From IMG/VR virus record IMGVR_UViG_3300026549_000051, positions 47,103 to 111,102 of that record: DNA of 64,000 nt; one strand, written 5' to 3'. How positions within the stretch are numbered: position 1 is the first letter of the stretch; each line of letters starts with the position of its first letter. The translations under genes and the position numbers were made by a program. Source of the stretch: a virus (lineage: Duplodnaviria; Caudoviricetes). A model generated the notes under the pieces. The model ran no database searches, was not told where the DNA came from, and saw only the letters and a program-made list of their open reading frames with translations. This document shows, piece by piece, positions 37,027-44,754 of the stretch.

Positions 37027-37956
37027 ATGAACGATAAAGAAACCTACTATAAAACATGCGAATCCTGTGGCAGACCGATGGCTTACTGCAAAGGTCAATG
37101 CTGTGGCCAGCCTAAGGGCTGCAGTTGCCAAGAATATGGCCCGATGAAGGCCGGTTGCCTTCGTGAGATTGAGCCAAGCTGCCCATATCAGGCGGTCATT
37201 CCTACGCTTACAGTTGAAGATAAAAGCAATCTTAAGGACTTGGCTGACTGCTTTGTCCACGTCTCCAACATTAATACCACCTTTTATATCGACGACAAGC
37301 ATCGCACGATTGTTACCTGGGCAGGCCCGGTTGAGTACGATAACTATGACCTAGACGCAAACACGCTTGGTCTGCGCAGCCAGTTCTTAATCGACAAAAC
37401 TGGTGGCTATGTTGCTTACTATGACAAGACTGGAACGTATGAAAAGTTCGTTTCCGCAGAAGGTGTGAATGAGCCAGTCGTGTTAACTATGTCGTATTCG
37501 GAGAGTGGCTCTGATTGGACTGAGGCAGAGATAAATGGTGCAGCCATGAGCGGAGCATACGCTAGCGGAATTAAAGTGAGCGTCGCTACCTTTAGTCCCA
37601 CATCAGCCAGCTCTATCAGCTTCACGAATGAAACAACGCACGAGCAATTTTCCATAAGCGATGTTTATGGGATGCTCGAAAGCGGGACGAAGATTATTGT
37701 CAATAATGCACCTATCGGCATTGTCATCGAAAACGGCGGAGAAGTGCCAGCGCTTACGAACACAGCGGATGGGGTTGAGCTGAAAAAACAGCGAGCGCGA
37801 GTATCGGCAGAAGAAAGCGTCGATATATATACCGGGACAGCCTTCCTAATGGTTGATGGAGATGGTTTTGGCGGCAATGCGACTATGTTAGGTATGGCCA
37901 TCGGGCCTAATTCTGAGTTGTTCGTCCAGGGAATCCGCAAGAATATGTTAGCTTAG
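37027..37956 (+). CDS. Cys-rich structural / receptor-binding candidate
   Basis: Cys-dense N-terminus; C-terminal domain homologous to that of 42832-43779. Confidence 0.6.
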   Translation: MNDKETYYKTCESCGRPMAYCKGQCCGQPKGCSCQEYGPMKAGCLREIEPSCPYQAVIPTLTVEDKSNLKDLADCFVHVSNINTTFYIDDKHRTIVTWAGPVEYDNYDLDANTLGLRSQFLIDKTGGYVAYYDKTGTYEKFVSAEGVNEPVVLTMSYSESGSDWTEAEINGAAMSGAYASGIKVSVATFSPTSASSISFTNETTHEQFSISDVYGMLESGTKIIVNNAPIGIVIENGGEVPALTNTADGVELKKQRARVSAEESVDIYTGTAFLMVDGDGFGGNATMLGMAIGPNSELFVQGIRKNMLA

Positions 37957-37966
37957 GAGACGTTAG

Positions 37967-40900
37967 ATGCCTAAATGTCCAAAAGATTGTCATAAACCGA
38001 ACCCTCTGATTTTCCGCAGGGTGATTATTCCGTCGGCTCTGGGGGACGATAAAGAGAATCCACCAGAGAACGGAGCATATTGCAATGCTCTTGTGATTTA
38101 CGAGGCTAATAATGCAATGTACCTCTATTCATCTGACGGTATTCCGACGAAAATCCCAACCTCAATTACTAGCTACAATGACTTGACTCATAAGCCTTCC
38201 ATCAACGGGGTAGAGCTGGAAGGCGACATCAGCCTTGAAGAGTTGGGTATCAGCGACCTAATCGAAGAGAGCGTTGCTTCCGAGGCGACAGCGAGAGCGG
38301 AGGCGGACGAATCCCTACAAGACGCTATCGACGCAGAAGAGGCCGCCCGCATCGCTGCTGACCGGGATATTATTAACTCAATTCCAACCGTCAACGACGC
38401 TACACTTACTATCCAAAGGAATGGTACCAGTGTAGGCACGTTCACCGCTAACTCCGCCTCTGATACCACCATAAACGTAGATGTGCCCATTTATACTTCT
38501 GGGCTCATCAACGATAGCGGATATGTTACCGAGGCGGCACTGTCTGGATATGCGACAGACCAGGACATAGAAGATGCCGTGTCGGCAGAAGCGTCTATTC
38601 GCGCGAATGCTGACCAAGACCTACAGTCTCAGATAGACGCTATCTCATCAGCGTCTGACGTCGTAGATGTTGTGGGCACTTATGCTGAGCTTCAAAATTA
38701 TGACACCTCAAAGTTAGGCGACAACGACATTGTCAAAGTTTTGACAGACTCCACTCACGACAATGCTATCTCGTACTACCGCTGGGATGATGCCAACGAT
38801 ACTTTTGTGTACATTGGTAGCCAGGGTCCGTTCTACACTAAGAGCGAGACTGACGCAACGTTCGTCCCGCAGACCAGAACCGTTAACGGTAAGGCCCTGT
38901 CTATGGATATTGTCCTTACGGCTTCAGACGTAAGCGCTCTCCCTGCTTCCACGGTTATCCCTACGGTTAATAATGCCACCCTTACAATAAAGAGAAACGG
39001 CAACAATATTGCGTCCTTCACAGCGAACTCTGCATCTGATGTGTCCGCTGACATAGCGGTTCCTACCAAGACCTCAGACATTACCAACGATAGCGACTTT
39101 GTGTCCGATGCGAATTATGTGCATACAGATAACAATTTCACCACGACTCTTAAGGATAAGTTGGATGGTATCGCCGCTGGAGCCGAAGTCAATGTCCAGA
39201 GCGACTGGAGCCAGACAAATGCCTCGGCGGACGACTACATAAAAAATAAACCCACTATTCCTACCAAGACTTCTGACCTCACTAATGATTCTGGATATAT
39301 CTCTACGCTTCCTATTGCTGGCTCCAATACACTAGGCGCAATTAAGGTGGGTACTAACCTATCTATCGCCGCTGATGGCACGCTTTCTGCAGACGCTCAG
39401 AGCATTACCGTAGATTCGGCGCTCAGTTCGACAAGCACGAATCCGGTCGAGAACCGCGTTATTAATACGGCATTAGGCGCTAAAGCAAACACGGCCGACC
39501 TTGCTGATGTGGCTACTTCAGGTGATTATGACGACTTACTCAACAAACCGACAATCCCTACCGTTAATAATGCAACCCTGACTATCCAGCGAAACGGCAC
39601 AACTGTGGATACCTTTACGGCGAATGCCTCTCAGGACAAGTCCGTCAACATTGTAGTGCCTACGGCCACCAGCGATCTAACAAACGATTCAGGTTTTCTT
39701 ACTTCCATTCCGACAGCCTCGGCTAACACGCTAGGCGGCATCAAGGTGGGCGTAGGTCTCTCAATCACTGATGGGGTGCTATCGACCACTGGTGGTGGCG
39801 TAGCAGATGCGGTAGAGTGGACGAACGTCTTGAACAGACCTACGAATGTATCTTACTGGACAAACGATGCTGGCTATATCACAAGCGCGGCATTGCCCAC
39901 TAAAACATCTGACCTTACGAATGACGGCTCAGACGGTACGAGCACCTATGTAGAGGCAGATGACCTCGCAACAGTAGCTACGAGCGGAAGCTACAACGAC
40001 TTGTCTAATAAACCTACTATCCCAACGGTAAACGATGCCACAATCACCATCCAGCGCAACTCGACCAACGTTGATTCATTTACTGTGAACGCCTCGCAGA
40101 ATAAGTCAATTAATATAGTAGTTCCAACTAAGACCTCTGACCTTACTAATGACAGCAACTTCGCTACCACGTCTCAGATCCCGACTAAGACCTCCGACCT
40201 CACCAACGATGGTTCGGACGGCACGTCTACCTATGTAGAATCAGACGACCTGGCAACCGTGGCCACATCGGGAAGCTATAACGACCTTTCTGACAAGCCA
40301 GATATTATGACCGGGCTAGTTGAGATGTCTTATGGCGAGAGCAATGCCTGGGCAAAGTTCCTCGACGCCTACCAGAACAAGAAGATAGTTTATTGCCGCG
40401 CGTCCTCGAACGCCAACCCAGCTACAGGTACGCAGGGCCGCAAAGCCTTCATGGCCTACGTGAATAACGCCGAAAACCCAACCGAGGTAGAGTTCCAGTA
40501 TGTCCGTTCGGTCGGCAATAAGACCGCCTCTCAGCCAGTAGACCAGGTGTTTGTCTACAAGCTTACCAGCGCTAACGGTGGCACCTGGACTGTAACGACA
40601 AGAGATATGGGGCCAAAGCTCGCGCAGGGCACGAACACGACTGTGAGCTACTCTAATGGCACATACACAATCAGCGCGACACAATCTACGGTCCCTACAA
40701 AAACTTCAGACTTAACTAATGACGGCTCAGACGGGGCATCCACTTACGTGGAGGCAGACGAGTTAGCGACTGTCGCCACGACAGGCTCATATGCCGACCT
40801 TACGAACAAACCGACGATTCCGACTGTGAATAATGCTACCCTCACGATTCAGCGCAACAGCACCAGCGTAGGCACATTCACGGCCAATGCCTCATCGAAT

Positions 40901-41728
40901 AAGACAATCAACATTACTGTCCCTACCACGGCCGCAGATGTTTCCGCCCTACCGGCCTCCACGAAATATGGTGCAAGCATCACGGTCTCTCTTAACACGA
41001 CAGACTACAAGATGACCACTACCTTGAAGGACCAGGACGGCAACACCCTTGGCACGGCCCAGACCATTGACCTTCCACTTGAATCAGTAGTCGTAAACGG
41101 TAGCTATGACAGCACGAATAAGAAGATTGTCCTCACCCTCCAGAGTGGTTCTACGATTGATATTCCTGTCGGGGATTTGATTGCCGGACTCCAAACAGAG
41201 ATTACCAGTACGAACAAACTAAGTTCTGACCTCGTAGACGACACGAACCATACGCACAAGTTCGTCACGGCCGCCCAAATCACCAAGCTCAACGGTATCG
41301 CTACTGGTGCAGAGGTAAACGTTCAGTCTGACTGGAACGTCTCTGACAATACGTCCGATGCGTTCATCAAGAATAAGCCTACTATTCCAACAGTGAACAA
41401 TGGTACCCTTACTATCCAGAAGAACGGCACAACGGTCCAGACCTTTACCGCTAACTCAAGCTCAAATAAAACTGCGAATATCACTGTTCCGACTCAAACC
41501 TCTGAGCTCACCAACAACTCAGGCTTTCTTACTAGCTCAACTGGCGTGACAAGCGTCAACGGTGCTCACGGTGCAGTCACTGGCATTCAGACGACTAGTA
41601 ATCTTGTTACGAGCGTGTCATCTAGCTCGACGAATTCGCAATATCCAAGCGCCAAGCTATTTTATGATACTGTCGGCAACGTTGAGAGTGTATTACAAAC
41701 ATTAAATAGTGGGAGCGGAGCATCATGA
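37967..41728 (+). CDS. Long repetitive tail fibre
   Basis: Repeats TVNNATLTIQRNG..FTAN, PTKTSDLTND, ATSGSYNDLSNKP, KLDGIAAGAEVNVQSDW. Confidence 0.8.
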   Translation: MPKCPKDCHKPNPLIFRRVIIPSALGDDKENPPENGAYCNALVIYEANNAMYLYSSDGIPTKIPTSITSYNDLTHKPSINGVELEGDISLEELGISDLIEESVASEATARAEADESLQDAIDAEEAARIAADRDIINSIPTVNDATLTIQRNGTSVGTFTANSASDTTINVDVPIYTSGLINDSGYVTEAALSGYATDQDIEDAVSAEASIRANADQDLQSQIDAISSASDVVDVVGTYAELQNYDTSKLGDNDIVKVLTDSTHDNAISYYRWDDANDTFVYIGSQGPFYTKSETDATFVPQTRTVNGKALSMDIVLTASDVSALPASTVIPTVNNATLTIKRNGNNIASFTANSASDVSADIAVPTKTSDITNDSDFVSDANYVHTDNNFTTTLKDKLDGIAAGAEVNVQSDWSQTNASADDYIKNKPTIPTKTSDLTNDSGYISTLPIAGSNTLGAIKVGTNLSIAADGTLSADAQSITVDSALSSTSTNPVENRVINTALGAKANTADLADVATSGDYDDLLNKPTIPTVNNATLTIQRNGTTVDTFTANASQDKSVNIVVPTATSDLTNDSGFLTSIPTASANTLGGIKVGVGLSITDGVLSTTGGGVADAVEWTNVLNRPTNVSYWTNDAGYITSAALPTKTSDLTNDGSDGTSTYVEADDLATVATSGSYNDLSNKPTIPTVNDATITIQRNSTNVDSFTVNASQNKSINIVVPTKTSDLTNDSNFATTSQIPTKTSDLTNDGSDGTSTYVESDDLATVATSGSYNDLSDKPDIMTGLVEMSYGESNAWAKFLDAYQNKKIVYCRASSNANPATGTQGRKAFMAYVNNAENPTEVEFQYVRSVGNKTASQPVDQVFVYKLTSANGGTWTVTTRDMGPKLAQGTNTTVSYSNGTYTISATQSTVPTKTSDLTNDGSDGASTYVEADELATVATTGSYADLTNKPTIPTVNNATLTIQRNSTSVGTFTANASSNKTINITVPTTAADVSALPASTKYGASITVSLNTTDYKMTTTLKDQDGNTLGTAQTIDLPLESVVVNGSYDSTNKKIVLTLQSGSTIDIPVGDLIAGLQTEITSTNKLSSDLVDDTNHTHKFVTAAQITKLNGIATGAEVNVQSDWNVSDNTSDAFIKNKPTIPTVNNGTLTIQKNGTTVQTFTANSSSNKTANITVPTQTSELTNNSGFLTSSTGVTSVNGAHGAVTGIQTTSNLVTSVSSSSTNSQYPSAKLFYDTVGNVESVLQTLNSGSGAS

Positions 41729-42708
41729 GCATAGCAAGCGAACTATCAGCCCTGAATGGCTACATTCTCGGCGCATATGACGAAATCAACACTAAAGGCG
41801 GCACAGTGCCAGCCAATAAGAATATGGCAAATCTAGCTCCTGCGATCAGCACCATTAGTTCTGGCAGCAGTGTTACCGTCAGCCCTTTGTCTGTCACGGC
41901 AAATGGCACATATACAGCACCAGCTGGCACAGCATACAGCCCAGTGACGGTCAATGTAAGTGGTGGCGGAAGTGTTGGTATACCTAGAGAAGTGTCGAGT
42001 GAGGGCAAATATCAAATGCCGACGAATAACTTTACCCTCAGTCTGCCAGCCAACGCGACGAGTATAGGCCCATATGCTTTGGCCTATGCTTTTTACAATT
42101 GTGCCAGTCTTACCTCAGTTGACCTAAGCTCTTTAACGACGTTGACCGGCCCAAGTGCTTTGTACTATGCTTTCCAGTCTTGTCGAGCTCTTACCTCAGT
42201 TGACCTAAGCTCTTTAACGACGTTGACCGGCTCATATGCTTTGGCCTACGCTTTCCAGTCTTGCTCCAGTCTTTCCTCAGTTGACTTAAGCTCTTTAACG
42301 ACGTTGACCGGCTCAAATGGTTTGTCCTATGCTTTTTACGGCTGTACCAGTCTTACCTCAGTTGACTTAAGCTCTTTAACGACGGTGACCGACTCAAATG
42401 GTTTGGCCTACGCTTTCCAGTCTTGCTCCAGTCTTTCCTCAGTTGACTTAAGCTCTTTAACGACGTTGACCGGCTCAAGTGCTTTGGCCAATGCTTTTCG
42501 CTATTGTGGCAGTCTTACGAGCCTCTCATTCCCAGCTCTTACGACCTCCAGCTTTGGGTCTAAGACAAACCAATTCAACAATATGCTTTATGGTGTCAGG
42601 GGGTGTACTGTCCATTTTCCGGCCGCCATCCAGTCAACTATTGGAGGATGGTCGAGTGTTAAGAGCGGCTTCGGCGGCACAAATACGACGGTGTTATTTG
42701 ACTTGTAG
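41725..42708 (+). CDS. BspA-like leucine-rich-repeat protein, probable fibre-tip adhesin
   Basis: Adaptor-type N-terminus (KGGTVP, VTANGTY...PVTVNV) plus 27-aa LRRs AFxxCxSLTSVDLSSLTT. Confidence 0.8.
   Translation: MSIASELSALNGYILGAYDEINTKGGTVPANKNMANLAPAISTISSGSSVTVSPLSVTANGTYTAPAGTAYSPVTVNVSGGGSVGIPREVSSEGKYQMPTNNFTLSLPANATSIGPYALAYAFYNCASLTSVDLSSLTTLTGPSALYYAFQSCRALTSVDLSSLTTLTGSYALAYAFQSCSSLSSVDLSSLTTLTGSNGLSYAFYGCTSLTSVDLSSLTTVTDSNGLAYAFQSCSSLSSVDLSSLTTLTGSSALANAFRYCGSLTSLSFPALTTSSFGSKTNQFNNMLYGVRGCTVHFPAAIQSTIGGWSSVKSGFGGTNTTVLFDL
42070..42519 (+). repeat. Tandem 81-bp LRR repeat array (5 full units plus 1 partial)
   Basis: Units start at 42070, 42151, 42232, 42313, 42394 and 42475. 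Confidence 0.9.
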
Positions 42709-42831
42709 CATAATGTAGCCACAGTTATCTTTATTATGCCAATTGAAACACAGAGATGGCCAATAAAACCCCCATTAGCAGCTACGATGCTATAATTCTA
42801 AGTATGAACATCTATTACTTAGGAGACAACT

Positions 42832-43779
42832 ATGGCTTGTAAAGAATGCGGTGGCAACGGCGGCCACCATAAACCAGGCTGCGGCATGAGCCCGGCTGTG
42901 CTTCAGATAAATAACAAGGACTGCACGCTGTTCCATAGCGTGACTATCCCGGCTATCATGGGCGACGAGACTGAGAACCCTCCGGCAAACGGTTTGTACA
43001 AGAACGTATTGCTCTACTATGAAGCAAGCGGAAATGCGTATTTTTACTCATCTGACGGCATCCCAACAAAGCTGACCTATGCGACGACTGATTATAATGC
43101 GCTAACGAATAAGCCGACGATTAATGGCGTGACACTCGAAGGTGCCCTCACCCCAGCGAATCTTGGTATCAACATTAACGATGCTACGCTCACGATTAAG
43201 CAAGGCGACACAACTCTCGGCACATTCTCGGCCAATGCTAGCGAAAATGTAGAAATCAATATCTCAAATGACGAAGCCGTCAGGCTGCGCGTAGGGTGGA
43301 CCGGTGGTTCCACTCCGTCGGGCTGGGAATTGCAAGATGAAGATGGAGTAATGTATCGTTATCGCCCAGATACGGCGACGTCCGGGCATGCTAGTATCGT
43401 TGAGTTCGAAATAATGGATGTGTCATTCACTAACGAAGAAACTGAAGAAAGTTTAACCGCGGATCAGGTTTTTAGCCTGTTAGAGGCCGGCAACAAAGTC
43501 ATTTTCGACAACGTTCCGCTAGGGGCCTATTATCCGTATGCCTCTAGTGACACCATTTTCTTGCCTACTACGATAGACAATATTGAGTTGTCCGCAAAGG
43601 AGACCGATCGGTTCCAGGACGGTGATGCTCCAGATATAAGCTACACCGGCGGTGTTTATGTTAATGGTATAGACTCTGGGGTAGCGACATACCTTGGCGC
43701 TCGACTGATGTCAGACGGGGACAACACACACTTCTATGTACAAGGACGTGGGCATTATCACAACGATACTCCCGCCTAA
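42832..43779 (+). CDS. Short fibre / receptor-binding candidate (chimeric)
   Basis: N-terminus matches 37967 (GDE.ENPP.NG.Y.N...YSSDGIPTK); C-terminus matches 37027. Confidence 0.65.
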   Translation: MACKECGGNGGHHKPGCGMSPAVLQINNKDCTLFHSVTIPAIMGDETENPPANGLYKNVLLYYEASGNAYFYSSDGIPTKLTYATTDYNALTNKPTINGVTLEGALTPANLGININDATLTIKQGDTTLGTFSANASENVEINISNDEAVRLRVGWTGGSTPSGWELQDEDGVMYRYRPDTATSGHASIVEFEIMDVSFTNEETEESLTADQVFSLLEAGNKVIFDNVPLGAYYPYASSDTIFLPTTIDNIELSAKETDRFQDGDAPDISYTGGVYVNGIDSGVATYLGARLMSDGDNTHFYVQGRGHYHNDTPA

Positions 43780-43797
43780 AAAATTCTTTGGTGATTG

Positions 43798-43831
43798 AGC
43801 CGCTGCTTCTTGGAAGGGTCGGCGGCTTTTT
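43798..43831 (+). terminator. Intrinsic terminator
   Basis: AGCCGCTG...CGGCGGCT plus T-tract. Confidence 0.65.
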
Positions 43832-43865
43832 CTTGGGTCGATAAGTCCCGTCGTATAATAGAGGT

Positions 43866-44032
43866 ATGATTTAAATACGTCGAGGATAGCCAAATACGAC
43901 ATAAGGGCACGCTCCGGTAGCTCCGTGATGAAAGCGAACAAAGCTGGGCTTCACCCCAGCCCTCGGCATGAACTAACCACCATGTGTGGTAAAGATTATA
44001 AACGGCCCCGTATCCTACCGGGGCGGTTTTTT
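43866..44032 (+). ncRNA. Candidate stand-alone structured ncRNA
   Basis: TATAAT at 43854-43859, several nested helices, then a CCCCG/CGGGG hairpin with T-tract. Confidence 0.55.
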
Positions 44033-44069
44033 GATAGCGCCATTTAATCATTGGTATAATAGACGTATA

Positions 44070-44753
44070 ATGATTTACAAGGCTTCTGACATAGCGGATA
44101 AGTTTCAAACCCATATCGGAGATGGTACGCTGGACATCCCGAATAAGTTTGTGATTGACGCGTTAAACTGGGCGCTTAATGAGTTGCCACGCGTCCCAAA
44201 ACTCGCTAAGATTTTCTCAAAACATTTCACTCTCCAGCTCGACGCAAAAGGCCATTATCGCTGGAACCTTAACGGCAAAGTTTTTCGCCGTTTGCTCGAC
44301 ATTCCTATCATGAACTTCTATACCACGACTGGCGGCAAGCCATGTAAACTGGAGCTCTGCAACCGTGATAATGTTGAATTTTACAAGACTAACGGCATTA
44401 TTGAACTAAAAGAGGCTGGGCGCCCATGCGAATACACGATAGAGCAAGAAGGCGACAATATCTGGCTCGTGTTAGACCGCCCGTCCGATGTGCCAATTAT
44501 GCTTGATTATATAGCTTACGGTATTCCTAACCAAGTCAAAGATATTGATGATACTATCAGCGTCGACATTTCGGCAATCGCTGAGAACCTCATCCTCGAC
44601 GTCATGCGCGTTGTCTACTTCCACGAAGCCGATGACTTTGCGTTCGCCGCTGACATCAGCGCGTACCTCGATAATAAGAAGGTGGTCGAGGCTATCCAGA
44701 TTCTCAATCGCCGATGGGGGAACGAAGAAAGCATAATCTTAGGAGAGCAATAG
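44070..44753 (+). CDS. Probable tail adaptor (tail tubular protein A-like)
   Basis: Size, N-terminal helix ALNWALNEL, GRPCEYT motif and position before a nozzle-sized gene. Confidence 0.55.
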   Translation: MIYKASDIADKFQTHIGDGTLDIPNKFVIDALNWALNELPRVPKLAKIFSKHFTLQLDAKGHYRWNLNGKVFRRLLDIPIMNFYTTTGGKPCKLELCNRDNVEFYKTNGIIELKEAGRPCEYTIEQEGDNIWLVLDRPSDVPIMLDYIAYGIPNQVKDIDDTISVDISAIAENLILDVMRVVYFHEADDFAFAADISAYLDNKKVVEAIQILNRRWGNEESIILGEQ

Positions 44754-44754
44754 T

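Noticed and set aside
42070-42519. CRISPR array
   Set aside because: The period is 81 bp, in frame within a protein; the variable parts are homologous to each other, not unique spacers; no cas genes.
41725-42780. Complete diversity-generating retroelement targeting the LRR gene
   Set aside because: No reverse transcriptase, Avd or separate template repeat in the window; scaffold adenines are invariant across repeats.
43900-43940. Hammerhead ribozyme (TGATGA...GAA), also considered at 24371-24410
   Set aside because: No CTGATGA / stem II / GAAA arrangement with matching stems I and III.
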